A DNA stretch of 50,150 bases from a virus (IMGVR_UViG_3300025070_000055:1-50150), one strand, 5' to 3'; positions 26,098 through 35,987 are shown, numbered from the stretch's first letter. Notes: a model not told the origin generated them from the letters alone. Made by a program: numbers and translations.

Positions 26098-26642
26098 TGT
26101 ATGAGGATACATTAGAGGCAGTGTGCACTACGTGTTCCACAAAGCTGACGATAGATAACTGGGCACAGTCTTGGCGTAACATTGGTAGAAAGCAATGCAC
26201 CAGTTGTTCTAGAGATTACAACGTGTCCAGTAATCAAAATCGCATGTGGGTAAACGGTAAGTATATACCCCAATCACACCCCTTGTACAAGGCAGGTAGA
26301 TATAAGTCCTTTGGTGACGCTGCATTTAGCTCCTTACAGAAAGACAAGCAGATCAGTGAGGGCTATGTGTACGCAATACAAAATACTGCATGGCCTGAGT
26401 GGGTGAAGATTGGTAAGGCTGTTGATGCAGAAGACAGGCTTAATGGATACCAGACAAGCTCACCCATGCGTGACTACACTCTGTTGTACTACAGATACTT
26501 TGATGATCGTAATACAGCAGAAAAGAAAGCGCATATCTTAGCTGCGACACAAACGACACACCCTTGGAACAAACATGACAACGGTGAATGGTTTAAGCTG
26601 ACACAACAGCAAGCAATAGATATAATAAAGGAGATACAATGA
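26094..26642 (+). CDS. T5orf172/GIY-YIG-like nuclease with N-terminal Zn finger
   Basis: CTTC..CTSC; GYVY..VKIGKA..RL..YQTSSP..E...H..GEWF. Confidence 0.8.
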   Translation: MMYEDTLEAVCTTCSTKLTIDNWAQSWRNIGRKQCTSCSRDYNVSSNQNRMWVNGKYIPQSHPLYKAGRYKSFGDAAFSSLQKDKQISEGYVYAIQNTAWPEWVKIGKAVDAEDRLNGYQTSSPMRDYTLLYYRYFDDRNTAEKKAHILAATQTTHPWNKHDNGEWFKLTQQQAIDIIKEIQ

Positions 26643-27286
26643 TACAAACATTTTACGTAGACCACATGGGTACAGACTTATCTGTAGCTAATGCAGCACG
26701 AGTAAGTTTTGGTAAGCGTAGTGAGATGGATACGAGTGACGTATGGGGGCCACCCAAGTTGAAAGACAAGGATGCCAAGCTCATACGTTACTTAGCCAAG
26801 CACAAGCACATCAGCCCATTTGGGCATTGCTTTGCCAGCTTCCACGTTAAGGCACCTGTGTTTGTTGCACGTCAGCTAGTCAAGCACAAGTTCCTACGTT
26901 GGAATGAAATCAGCCGTAGGTATGTAGACCATGAGCCTGAGTTCTATCAGCCTACAGAATGGCGTGGACGTAGTGCTGACAAGAAGCAGGGCAGTGAGGG
27001 TGTGGTTGACGTAGGTGATTGGGGCGATACAAACTGGGCCTGTCTTATTGCCTACAAGGATTTACTTAATCATGGTGTATGCCCTGAGCAAGCACGTATG
27101 GTACTGCCACAGTCTATGATGACTGAGTGGTACTGGTCAGGTAGCTTGGATGCATTTGCTGACATGTGTAATCTACGTTGTAAGCCTGACACACAGTACG
27201 AGACACAGGTTGTGGCTGGTCATATTGACACAGAGATGGCTAAGCTGTTCCCTGTATCATGGAAAGCATTAAGGGAGAATGAATGA
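26639..27286 (+). CDS. thyX: Flavin-dependent thymidylate synthase
   Basis: VANAARVSF, HISPF, VARQLVKH, NEISRRY, EQARMVLP. Confidence 0.95.
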   Translation: MIQTFYVDHMGTDLSVANAARVSFGKRSEMDTSDVWGPPKLKDKDAKLIRYLAKHKHISPFGHCFASFHVKAPVFVARQLVKHKFLRWNEISRRYVDHEPEFYQPTEWRGRSADKKQGSEGVVDVGDWGDTNWACLIAYKDLLNHGVCPEQARMVLPQSMMTEWYWSGSLDAFADMCNLRCKPDTQYETQVVAGHIDTEMAKLFPVSWKALRENE

Positions 27287-27441
27287 TGAGAGGTAACATT
27301 GACGGTGCAATCAAGGCGTCTGCTATTGTAGCTTTATTGATAGCTGCGCCACCCGTACTGATAGCTATGACATACGATGACTACCCAAAATATTGCAAGC
27401 TATCTATCCTGCTACCATGTGTAGGTGTAAGCAATGAATGA
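27283..27441 (+). CDS. Small membrane protein (52 aa, not in ORF track)
   Basis: MMRGNIDGAIKASAIVALLIAAPPVLIAMTYDDYPKYCKLSILLPCVGVSNE; GGGAG RBS; overlaps both neighbours. Confidence 0.55.
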   Translation: MMRGNIDGAIKASAIVALLIAAPPVLIAMTYDDYPKYCKLSILLPCVGVSNE

Positions 27442-27649
27442 GATAAAAGTGACAGAGGTAGAAGAACACGAGGATGGCAGTGCTACACTACAAGTAGAGT
27501 GTGACCCTAAAACATTCGCAGCCATATTCAACGTAGGCTTTGTGACATTAGTAAAGAGGGGTCTGGAAGATGAGAAGTGGCAGACCTGCGTAAGTTGTGG
27601 TGGCCCAGCGCAGAACGATACCTGCGGATTTTGTTTAGAGGAAGAGTAG
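27434..27649 (+). CDS. Hypothetical protein with C-terminal CxxC..CxxC
   Basis: EHEDGSAT; CVSC..CGFC. Confidence 0.65.
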   Translation: MNEIKVTEVEEHEDGSATLQVECDPKTFAAIFNVGFVTLVKRGLEDEKWQTCVSCGGPAQNDTCGFCLEEE

Positions 27650-27650
27650 T

Positions 27651-27902
27651 ATGATTAGACCTATGACACAAGAAGAAAGAGAACGTGCAACTGAGAGGAG
27701 CCTTAGTAATATGACTACATCAAAATCGATATGTGAGATACGCCTACACAATGCTATGATACGTAACAACTTGACACTAGAGGAGTGTATAAATGCCATA
27801 GATACATATGCAGAAGATAAAAAGTTTCACGAGCATCTTGACAGCCTGTACAATGTGGAACAAGATACATGGGATGATTGGCACGATGGAGATATAAAGT
27901 AG
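27651..27902 (+). CDS. Hypothetical protein
   Basis: 83 aa; GAGG RBS. Confidence 0.55.
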   Translation: MIRPMTQEERERATERSLSNMTTSKSICEIRLHNAMIRNNLTLEECINAIDTYAEDKKFHEHLDSLYNVEQDTWDDWHDGDIK

Positions 27903-27910
27903 GAGACAAT

Positions 27911-29953
27911 ATGATACTGACCCTTGACGTAGAAAACACAGTAACTAAACGCAACGGCAAGATGCACCTTGATCCGTTTGAACCAGACAACACACTTGTA
28001 ATGGTGGGCATGTTAGATGACAACGATAACGAAACTATTGTAACATTTGATCACGCAGAACATCAACCCACCACAGATGGGCGGCGTATTGTTCAGGATG
28101 CACTGGACTCTACCCGCCTGTTGGTTGCACATAATGCCCCTCACGATCTTGTATGGTTGTGGGAGTCAGGCTTTACTTATGACGGTGACATCTTTGATAC
28201 CATGCTAGGCGAGTACGTACTGCAGCGTGGGCAGAAGGAAGCACTGTCACTTGAGGCATGTGCAGAACGCTATGAGCTTGACACTAAGAAGCAGGACACT
28301 CTCAAAGAATACTTCAAGCAAGGCTTGTCTACTCGTGACATACCGCATGACGAGTTGTCGGAGTACTTGTCACATGACTTACATGCTACGCAGCAATTGT
28401 TCAACCGTTTGCAGACGAAGTACGAGGAGTGCAGTTCACTGGAGCCAACGATCACTCTGACCAACCAACTTGCAATACACCTTGCACGTATCTATCAGCG
28501 TGGTTTTCAAGTGGACATGGATGCTTTGATGAAGGTGCGTGATGAGTTTGAGCAAGAACGTAATGTCCTTTCAATTGCACTAGAAGAACAGGTTGCAGAT
28601 CTTATGGGTGACAGACCCATCAATCTTAACAGCCCAGAGCAGAAGTCATGGGTAATCTACAGCCGTAGACCACATGACAAGAAGGTGTGGGCAGATTTAT
28701 TTGATGAACGTATGTCTGACACAGAGTACCGCAGTACAGTACGACTACACAGTGACAGGTTGTACAAGCAGAAGGCACACCAGTGCAAAGAGTGTTACGG
28801 AACAGGACAGGTAAGGAAGGTAAAGAAAGATGGTACTCCATTCGCTAGGACAAATAGATGCACTGCTTGTAACGCTGCTGGCTTTGTATATACTGATACC
28901 ACTACTCTGGCAGGACTAAAGTTCTCACCACCTACAGCCAAATGGGTAAGCTCCAATGGCTTTGGTACAGATAAAGGTAACTTGCTGTACCTTGAGGGCA
29001 TTGCCCGTTCCAAGGGCATGAAAGAGGCAGAGCTATTCCTACAGAACCTACGTAGATTGTCTGCAGTAGAAACATATCTCAGCAGCTTTGTAGAGGGCAT
29101 ATCAACGCATGTAAAGAATGACGGTAGGCTGCATGTACGTTTACTGCAACACCGCACTGGCACAGGCCGTTTATCAGGTGCAGACCCTAACATGCAGAAC
29201 ATGCCACGTGGCGGTACATTCCCAGTCAAGCGTGTGTTCACATCACGTTGGGAAGGCGGTCAGATTATGGAAGCGGATATGGCCCAGCTTGAGTTCAGAG
29301 TTGCTGCGTTTCTTGCACAAGATGCTACTGCCATTGAGGAAGTGTCTACAGGCTTTGATGTACATGCTTACACTGCACAGGTTATCAGCGATGCAGGTCA
29401 GCCTATGTCACGTCAAGAGGCTAAGGCACACACCTTTGCTCCATTATATGGTGCCAGTGGTTTCGGTAGGTCACAAGCAGAAGCGACATACTATCAGCAG
29501 TTTACGACAAAGTATTCTGGTATTGCCAAGTGGCATGAGGCACTAGCCAAAGAAGCACTAAACACAGGCAAGATCACTACGCCATCTGGACGTGAGTTCG
29601 CTTTCCCTGACGTTGTACGTAGACGCTTTGGGGGTGTGACATTTTTCACACAGATCAAAAATTATCCAGTGCAATCGTTTGCAACCGCTGACATTGTACC
29701 CATATCTTTGATATACATAGATAGGTTACTAACAGCAAACAGGCTACACAGTTGTGTAGTAAACAGTGTACATGACTCAGTTGTGATTGATGTACACCCA
29801 GATGAGAAGGACAAAGTACTAAAGGTTATTAGCACAGCTAATGACAAACTAATCGCAATCGTCAACCGCAAGTGGAACATAGATTTCAATGTACCTCTAT
29901 TATTAGAGGCAAAGATTGGTCCGAATTGGCTTGACGTAAAAGATGTAATATGA
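27911..29953 (+). CDS. polA: Family A DNA polymerase with DnaJ-like zinc-finger insertion
   Basis: Exonuclease LDVE, HNAPHD, DLHAT; TGRLS..PNMQN, DMAQLEFR, AKAHTFAPLYG, NYPVQS, VHDS; insertion CKECYGTG..CTACNAAG. Confidence 0.96.
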   Translation: MILTLDVENTVTKRNGKMHLDPFEPDNTLVMVGMLDDNDNETIVTFDHAEHQPTTDGRRIVQDALDSTRLLVAHNAPHDLVWLWESGFTYDGDIFDTMLGEYVLQRGQKEALSLEACAERYELDTKKQDTLKEYFKQGLSTRDIPHDELSEYLSHDLHATQQLFNRLQTKYEECSSLEPTITLTNQLAIHLARIYQRGFQVDMDALMKVRDEFEQERNVLSIALEEQVADLMGDRPINLNSPEQKSWVIYSRRPHDKKVWADLFDERMSDTEYRSTVRLHSDRLYKQKAHQCKECYGTGQVRKVKKDGTPFARTNRCTACNAAGFVYTDTTTLAGLKFSPPTAKWVSSNGFGTDKGNLLYLEGIARSKGMKEAELFLQNLRRLSAVETYLSSFVEGISTHVKNDGRLHVRLLQHRTGTGRLSGADPNMQNMPRGGTFPVKRVFTSRWEGGQIMEADMAQLEFRVAAFLAQDATAIEEVSTGFDVHAYTAQVISDAGQPMSRQEAKAHTFAPLYGASGFGRSQAEATYYQQFTTKYSGIAKWHEALAKEALNTGKITTPSGREFAFPDVVRRRFGGVTFFTQIKNYPVQSFATADIVPISLIYIDRLLTANRLHSCVVNSVHDSVVIDVHPDEKDKVLKVISTANDKLIAIVNRKWNIDFNVPLLLEAKIGPNWLDVKDVI

Positions 29954-29959
29954 TATAAC
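29931..29959 (+). promoter_or_regulatory. Sigma70-like promoter
   Basis: TTGACG-N17-TATAAC with the TATGATATAAC shared with 3126 and 13287. Confidence 0.65.
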
Positions 29960-29991
29960 CACCATTCGTCTAAAATAAAAGGAGACTTAAT

Positions 29992-30885
29992 ATGAATCAA
30001 GTATCAACAATCGACACAAACAATTTCTCAGCAATGGCCCAAGCGATGGGCATGAACGCAGATGCTGCACAGCAGTCATCCAAAGCAAGTACACTTGCAC
30101 GTTTACGTATTCATCACTCACCTATCATGGGTCAGCAAGAGATCAATGGTAAGATGAAAAACGTAGAAGTTGTAAGTGGTGGTACGTACAAACTGGAAGT
30201 ACCAGATGGGCCAACGTACTACGCTGAGAGTGTGTCTATTCGTCCTTACTTACAACGCTTCATGCATAAGAAGTTTGTTATGGGTAATGACTCAAGACCA
30301 AACCGCTATGTCAAAACTGTCATGGGTAATGATCTCAACCATGACATGAAAGACAACGATGGTGGCTTCAACTGTGGTAAACCTGCTGGCTTTATCAAAG
30401 ATTGGGCTGCACTACCAGACAACATGAAGGACTTGATAAAATCAATCAAGCGTGTTCGTGCTTTGTTTGGTGTCGTTGAACTGGTCAATCCTACAGATGA
30501 TCAAGGTAACTCTGTTGATGTAGAGTCCACCCCATTCATCTGGGAGATTGACAACCGTGACGCATTTAAAACAGTAGGTGAAGTATTTACTAAGCTGTCA
30601 AAGATGCGCCGCTTGCCACCACAGCACTACGTGTCAATGACCACAACAGAAGTACCGTTACCAAATGGTAGCAGCTTCTATGTGCCTAACACTTCACTGG
30701 ACTTGAACAATACGTTGGACATGGACAATGAAGCACAGGAGAACTTTGCTAACTTCATTGCATGGATTGAGAATTACAATACGTATATCCTCAATTCATG
30801 GGATGAGAACATGCACAAGAATGAAGAGGTTGACACAAACACTGTGGAAGAGTTCGTAGACATTGACGCAGAGGATTTTGTCTAA
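29992..30885 (+). CDS. Putative ssDNA-binding / recombination protein
   Basis: 297 aa after polymerase; acidic tail ending DIDAEDFV; strong RBS. Confidence 0.55.
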   Translation: MNQVSTIDTNNFSAMAQAMGMNADAAQQSSKASTLARLRIHHSPIMGQQEINGKMKNVEVVSGGTYKLEVPDGPTYYAESVSIRPYLQRFMHKKFVMGNDSRPNRYVKTVMGNDLNHDMKDNDGGFNCGKPAGFIKDWAALPDNMKDLIKSIKRVRALFGVVELVNPTDDQGNSVDVESTPFIWEIDNRDAFKTVGEVFTKLSKMRRLPPQHYVSMTTTEVPLPNGSSFYVPNTSLDLNNTLDMDNEAQENFANFIAWIENYNTYILNSWDENMHKNEEVDTNTVEEFVDIDAEDFV

Positions 30886-31739
30886 TGAACCATCCTGCTG
30901 AACTGGCGATCAATCAGTATCTTGAAGATGCTACATCTGGTAAATCAACAATGTCGGAAGAAACAATCAAACAGATTGGTGCAGATGTAATGGATGCTGT
31001 TCGACGCCAGTTTGGTGGGGGCAATAAGCGTGACAAGTTTCGGTTGCGTATGTCCAATGTGGGCAGACCGACTTGTCAGCTTTGGTTTGAGAAGAATAAA
31101 CCAGAGAAGGCATTGCCTAAACCAACAACATTCGTAATGAACATGCTGATGGGAGACATCGTAGAAGCAGCGTTCAAGGGTATCATAACAGAAGCGGGAG
31201 TTAAGTACGAAGACGATGACAACTTTGTTGAGCTACAGTTAGGTGACACTACAGTAAAGGGATCATATGATCTTGTGATGGATGGGGCAGTCGATGACGT
31301 TAAGTCTGCATCGGACTGGTCATACAGAAACAAGTTTGAATCTTTCCAAACACTGAAAGACAGTGATCCATTTGGTTACGTAGGTCAACTGGCTGGCTAC
31401 GCTAAGGCTGCAGGTAAGAAAGCAGGTGGCTGGTGGGTAGTCAACAAAGCCAACGGTGGAATTAAATACGTTCCAGCAGAGGGTATTGACATTGACGCAG
31501 AAATTACTACATTAGAAGATACTGTTGACACAGTAAACGCTAACGAGTTTAAACGTTGCTTTGAGCCTGTGCCTGAAACATTCAGGGGTAAAGTATCGGG
31601 TAACAAAGTATTGAATAGTAATTGTAAGTTCTGTGACTACAGGTTTGAGTGTTACCCTACGCTACAAGAGTTACCATCTAAAGTATCTCAGGCTAAGGTA
31701 AAACCCATTGTACCATACATAGAAGTAAAGGAGTATTAA
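30885..31739 (+). CDS. PD-(D/E)XK exonuclease (Cas4/RecB-like)
   Basis: RMSNVGRPTCQLW, GSYD..DDVKS, GQLAGY, CKFCDY...C. Confidence 0.85.
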   Translation: MNHPAELAINQYLEDATSGKSTMSEETIKQIGADVMDAVRRQFGGGNKRDKFRLRMSNVGRPTCQLWFEKNKPEKALPKPTTFVMNMLMGDIVEAAFKGIITEAGVKYEDDDNFVELQLGDTTVKGSYDLVMDGAVDDVKSASDWSYRNKFESFQTLKDSDPFGYVGQLAGYAKAAGKKAGGWWVVNKANGGIKYVPAEGIDIDAEITTLEDTVDTVNANEFKRCFEPVPETFRGKVSGNKVLNSNCKFCDYRFECYPTLQELPSKVSQAKVKPIVPYIEVKEY

Positions 31740-31967
31740 ATGTTAGGTGATGATGAAATAAAAGAAATGCAAGAGCAGATCAATGCTATGGAACAGGATC
31801 TTCTTGAGCGTAAGAAAGCCTTGCATGAGGCTAAGTATGCAGGGTTACGTTCAGCTATGGAAGCACGTAAGGCAGCAGAAGCAGCAGTACGAGAAGAACT
31901 ACGCACACTGGGTGTAGCTACTGTAAGTAGTTTGCCTAGTCCTTGGAACGGGTTGTGGCGTATCTGA
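31740..31967 (+). CDS. Coiled-coil hypothetical protein
   Basis: AAGGAG RBS; 75 aa. Confidence 0.65.
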   Translation: MLGDDEIKEMQEQINAMEQDLLERKKALHEAKYAGLRSAMEARKAAEAAVREELRTLGVATVSSLPSPWNGLWRI

Positions 31968-32419
31968 TGAATGGCAAGCAGTTTGCCGCTGCTCTGAAAC
32001 ATGGGTATAGGAGTGGGCTAGAGATCAAAGTAAAGGACTACTTGATAGAGCGTAATGTTCGTGTCAAGTACGAAGCCATCAAGATTGAGTGGGAAGATCT
32101 TATGTACCGCACCTATACCCCAGACTTTGTGTTACCTAATGGGATCATAATAGAAACTAAGGGTAGGTTTACAGCAGATGATAGACGTAAACATGCCGCT
32201 ATTAAGAAACAGCATCCAAAGCTAGACATTAGGTTTGTGTTTGAAAGTAGTAGACGTAAGCTGAGTAAGGGTGCTAAGACAACCTACGGTCAGTGGTGTG
32301 AAAAGAATAAGATCCCGTACTATGACAGGATCATCCCAGAAGATTGGTTAAATGAAAAGGGTAAGGACATGCATCCTGATCTAATACATTTCCCATACAA
32401 AAAAGTGAAGAGGAAATAA
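31967..32419 (+). CDS. Endonuclease I (T7 gp3-like junction resolvase)
   Basis: YRSGLE, YTPDF, IETKGRF, LDIRFVF, TTYGQWC. Confidence 0.92.
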   Translation: MNGKQFAAALKHGYRSGLEIKVKDYLIERNVRVKYEAIKIEWEDLMYRTYTPDFVLPNGIIIETKGRFTADDRRKHAAIKKQHPKLDIRFVFESSRRKLSKGAKTTYGQWCEKNKIPYYDRIIPEDWLNEKGKDMHPDLIHFPYKKVKRK

Positions 32420-32420
32420 T

Positions 32421-32750
32421 ATGACAGAAGAGAAAGTATTCATGGACTTTGATCCAAACGATTTCATTGTACGTATCACACCCTTCCTAGACCAGAAGGG
32501 TAACTGGACAGGGGAGTTGATGGTAGGTACTGTGACTACAGGAGAGAACACTACTACAGATGATGACTACGTAAACTTAATGCGCTTGTGTCATATGGTT
32601 TGTGCATCTATACCAGCTATGGAAGATAACAATAATATACGAGACACACTTGCCAAGTACGCCAATGATGTGTTAGAAGAAGAAGAGGCCACACCAAAAG
32701 CTACAGTGGAGAGTGTAGAAGACAATGTGGTTCAAGTGAAGTTTAGGTAA
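32421..32750 (+). CDS. Hypothetical protein
   Basis: 109 aa; GAGG RBS. Confidence 0.7.
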   Translation: MTEEKVFMDFDPNDFIVRITPFLDQKGNWTGELMVGTVTTGENTTTDDDYVNLMRLCHMVCASIPAMEDNNNIRDTLAKYANDVLEEEEATPKATVESVEDNVVQVKFR

Positions 32751-32761
32751 AGGAGATACAT

Positions 32762-32989
32762 ATGTCAGACAAAGATATGGTAAACTCACCAGAGCATTAC
32801 AACTTTGCAGGAGTAGAATGTATTGATGCTATTCGTGCAGCAACTGGTGAAGAAGGTTTTCAGTATTACCTGCAGGGTAACATTATGAAATACTTATGGC
32901 GGTACAGATACAAGAATGGTGTAGAAGACTTACAGAAAGCACAGTGGTATCTGAACCAGTTAATTGAGGAAGAGAACGGTGATAGTTAA
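32762..32989 (+). CDS. DUF3310-family protein (T7 gp1.7-like)
   Basis: VNSPEHY..ECIDAI..GNIMKYLWR..KNGVEDLQKAQWYL. Confidence 0.88.
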   Translation: MSDKDMVNSPEHYNFAGVECIDAIRAATGEEGFQYYLQGNIMKYLWRYRYKNGVEDLQKAQWYLNQLIEEENGDS

Positions 32990-33137
32990 AGTCTTCCTAA
33001 CACTTAACCTAGACGAAGATGAATATCCTATTCCTGTGGATGGCTTTGTCGATGAAGAAATAAAGGACGCACTACAGGAATTTATCTACGATGTAGATGG
33101 CATGGAAATTAAATCAATTAAACTAATTACGGAGTGA
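32979..33137 (+). CDS. Acidic 52-aa protein (not in ORF track)
   Basis: GTG start; MIVKVFLTLNLDEDEYPIPVDGFVDEEIKDALQEFIYDVDGMEIKSIKLITE fills the gap before RNR. Confidence 0.6.
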   Translation: MIVKVFLTLNLDEDEYPIPVDGFVDEEIKDALQEFIYDVDGMEIKSIKLITE

Positions 33138-33142
33138 TATAT

Positions 33143-35044
33143 ATGGACAATTATTTACCAACAGACTATCAATCTTTCATTCACAAGTCACGTTATGCAC
33201 GATGGCTTGATGAAGAAGGCAGACGTGAGGCATGGTCTGAGACAGTTGAACGTTACATGGATAACGTTGTACGTACAAAAGCTGGTGATGACAGCTACGT
33301 AAACAAAATACGTGACGCTATTGTGTCACTAGAGGTTATGCCCTCTATGCGAGCTATGATGACCGCTGGTAAGGCACTAGAGCGTGACAACACTGCAGGA
33401 TACAACTGCAGTTACCTACCCGTAGATGACCCTAAGTCCTTCGATGAGGCTATGTTCATCCTCTTGTGTGGTACTGGTGTTGGCTTCAGTGTTGAACGTC
33501 AGTTCATAAGTAAGCTCCCTGAAGTTCCTGAGTTGTTCGACAGTGATACCACAGTCGTTGTCAAAGACAGTAAGGAAGGTTGGGCTAAAGCGTTCAGACA
33601 AGTTCTTGCTCTCCTATGGGCTGGTGAGATCCCTAAGTGGGATGTTTCTAAGGTACGTCCTGCAGGTGCACGACTAAAGATCTTTGGTGGTAGAGCCAGT
33701 GGCCCTGCTCCATTGGTGGAACTGTTTAACTTTGCTGTAACTACATTCAAAGGTGCACAAGGACGTAAGCTGTCTAGCCTAGAGTGTCACGATCTTATGT
33801 GCTTTATTGGACAGATCGTAGTTGTAGGTGGTGTACGTAGGTCAGCTATGATTTCATTAAGTAATCTGTCTGATGATCGTATGCGACACGCTAAGTCAGG
33901 TCAATGGTGGGAGACTGCAGCACATCGTGCATTAGCCAATAACAGTGTTAGTTATACAGAGAAGCCAGACATGGAAACATTCATGCGTGAGTGGCAAGCA
34001 TTAGTTGAAAGCAAATCAGGAGAACGTGGTGTATACAATAGGCAAGCAGCTAAGAACCAAGCTAAAAAGTTTGAGCGTAGAGATCCAAATTACGAGTTTG
34101 GAACTAATCCTTGCAGCGAAATCATCCTTCGTCCATATCAGTTCTGCAATCTTACGGAAGTTGTTGTACGTGCTACAGACACTCTGGAAGATCTGGAGCG
34201 TAAAATCCGTTTGGCAACGATTCTGGGAACCATACAATCCACCTACACCAAGTTTCCGTACTTGCGTAAGGTGTGGTCTACCAATACAGAAGAAGAACGA
34301 CTGCTCGGTGTGTCACTCACGGGGATAATGGACAATCCCCTTATGACATTAAATAATAAAGGATTGGAGAGTACTCTTGAACATCTTCGTGGGATCGCTG
34401 TATCTACTAATGCTGAATGGGCTGACCGTCTTGGTATACCTGTTGCTGCTGCAATTACATGCGTCAAACCGTCAGGCACAGTCTCGCAATTGGTGGATAG
34501 TGCCAGTGGCATACATGCTCGCCACAGTCCCTATTATATCCGTACTGTGCGTGGTGATAATAAAGATCCGTTGACACAGTTTATGGTTGATCAGGGTATA
34601 CCCAATGAGCCATGTGTGATGAAAGGTGATACGACTACAGTGTTTAGTTTTCCTGTTAAGTCACCAACAAAGTCAGTTACACGCAATGATATGTCAGCGA
34701 TTGAGCAGCTAGAGATGTGGCTTATGTATCAACGACACTTCTGCGAACACAAACCTAGCGTTACAATCTCTGTACGTGAGGAAGAGTGGATGGAAGTAGG
34801 TGCATTTGTGTACAAGTACTTTGATGAGATGTCAGGTGTGTCATTTTTACCACACTCCGAACATACATATCAGCAAGCACCTTATCAAGAGGTAGACAAA
34901 GAAGCTTACAACGTGCTACTAAAGTCTATGCCTAAGAAGATTGATTGGGCTGGGCTGTCTGAGTACGAGAAAGACGATAACACTGTAGCAATGCAAACTA
35001 TGGCTTGCTCTGGTGACGTATGTGAAATAGTAGATATAACATAA
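33143..35044 (+). CDS. nrdJ: Class II (B12-dependent) ribonucleotide reductase
   Basis: YNCSY, GTGVGFS, TNPCSEI, CVKPSGTVS, C-terminal CSGDVCE; no beta subunit gene nearby. Confidence 0.92.
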   Translation: MDNYLPTDYQSFIHKSRYARWLDEEGRREAWSETVERYMDNVVRTKAGDDSYVNKIRDAIVSLEVMPSMRAMMTAGKALERDNTAGYNCSYLPVDDPKSFDEAMFILLCGTGVGFSVERQFISKLPEVPELFDSDTTVVVKDSKEGWAKAFRQVLALLWAGEIPKWDVSKVRPAGARLKIFGGRASGPAPLVELFNFAVTTFKGAQGRKLSSLECHDLMCFIGQIVVVGGVRRSAMISLSNLSDDRMRHAKSGQWWETAAHRALANNSVSYTEKPDMETFMREWQALVESKSGERGVYNRQAAKNQAKKFERRDPNYEFGTNPCSEIILRPYQFCNLTEVVVRATDTLEDLERKIRLATILGTIQSTYTKFPYLRKVWSTNTEEERLLGVSLTGIMDNPLMTLNNKGLESTLEHLRGIAVSTNAEWADRLGIPVAAAITCVKPSGTVSQLVDSASGIHARHSPYYIRTVRGDNKDPLTQFMVDQGIPNEPCVMKGDTTTVFSFPVKSPTKSVTRNDMSAIEQLEMWLMYQRHFCEHKPSVTISVREEEWMEVGAFVYKYFDEMSGVSFLPHSEHTYQQAPYQEVDKEAYNVLLKSMPKKIDWAGLSEYEKDDNTVAMQTMACSGDVCEIVDIT

Positions 35045-35056
35045 AGGAGATATAAT

Positions 35057-35149
35057 ATGTTTGAAGTAATAACATTCTTAGCAGGTGCAGTAGTGGTAGT
35101 AGATTTGATTGTTCCAACGGTATTGGATATTACGTCAGGGCTGTTCTAA
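35057..35149 (+). CDS. 30-aa hydrophobic peptide (not in ORF track)
   Basis: AAAGGAG RBS; MFEVITFLAGAVVVVDLIVPTVLDITSGLF; TAATG coupling. Confidence 0.55.
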   Translation: MFEVITFLAGAVVVVDLIVPTVLDITSGLF

Positions 35150-35337
35150 TGTATGTGTTGGTGCTCATTATGACCTTCCAAGGTGAGATGAAGATACAGA
35201 CTTATCATTCATTGTTTGCCGACTACGCTAGCTGTAGAAAAGTAGCAGCACCAATGGAAGAAAGATTAGTGAGCACTAAACCCTCACCAGAAGCAACCGC
35301 AGTTACGTACTGCATACAGTTACCAACAGCTACATAA
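35149..35337 (+). CDS. Small hypothetical protein
   Basis: Hydrophobic N-terminus and two Cys. Confidence 0.55.
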   Translation: MYVLVLIMTFQGEMKIQTYHSLFADYASCRKVAAPMEERLVSTKPSPEATAVTYCIQLPTAT

Positions 35338-35348
35338 GGAGAAGTAAC

Positions 35349-35549
35349 ATGGCAATATTAACACTAGACGCTGTGGAGTATGAAACAGATAACTTCACAG
35401 AAGAGCAGACTAAAATGTTACAAGAGATTACGTATAATAATAATATACAATCTCAATTAAACTATCAATCTAACAGCTTGCAGGTAGCAAGTGAGTTACT
35501 GGTAGGTAAACTAAAGGCAACATTAGAAACACCAACAGAATCGGAGTAA
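35349..35549 (+). CDS. Hypothetical protein
   Basis: AAGGAG RBS; 66 aa. Confidence 0.65.
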   Translation: MAILTLDAVEYETDNFTEEQTKMLQEITYNNNIQSQLNYQSNSLQVASELLVGKLKATLETPTESE

Positions 35550-35552
35550 GAC

Positions 35553-35987
35553 ATGGCTTACAGAAAACCTTTCTCACGTGACCTTTACGCTAAGTATGAC
35601 GAAGCTGCGAAGCAAACATTGATCACTCACCTTATTGGTGAGGGTCACGAACTTGTGGACAGTACAGAGTCATACGATGCAGACGTTGTAACTCAAAAAG
35701 ATGGAGTAAAATACTACAGTGAAGCAGAAGTAAAGACTGCGTGGGTAGGTGACTGGCCTACCTCTTGGGCAGAGATACGTATACTTGAACGTAAGAAGAA
35801 GTTACTATCTAAGCATGATAATCTACAGTTCTATATATTCAGCAATGACATGGACAAATGCTGGTGTATAGATAGTTCACTACTAACAGATGACAAGCTA
35901 CGTGAAGCACGTGGACGTAACATCTATGCCGGTGAACAATTTTACCACGTGCCCTACACCGAAGCAACATTAATCAACGTAGCATAA
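35553..35987 (+). CDS. Putative PD-(D/E)XK nuclease-fold protein
   Basis: DADVV..EAEVK motif. Confidence 0.55.
   Translation: MAYRKPFSRDLYAKYDEAAKQTLITHLIGEGHELVDSTESYDADVVTQKDGVKYYSEAEVKTAWVGDWPTSWAEIRILERKKKLLSKHDNLQFYIFSNDMDKCWCIDSSLLTDDKLREARGRNIYAGEQFYHVPYTEATLINVA

Noticed and set aside
26870-26925. ThyX motif reads KHK rather than RHR
   Set aside because: Other catalytic motifs are intact and such variation is common in phage ThyX; not evidence of a new function
31052-31065. Partial palindrome match GTCCAATGTGGGCA
   Set aside because: Right arm broken; explained by the exonuclease motif RMSNVGRP and far from the cluster
33143-35044. Intein or intron in RNR, polymerase, helicase or terminase
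   Set aside because: Reading frames are continuous with ordinary lengths and no splicing motifs
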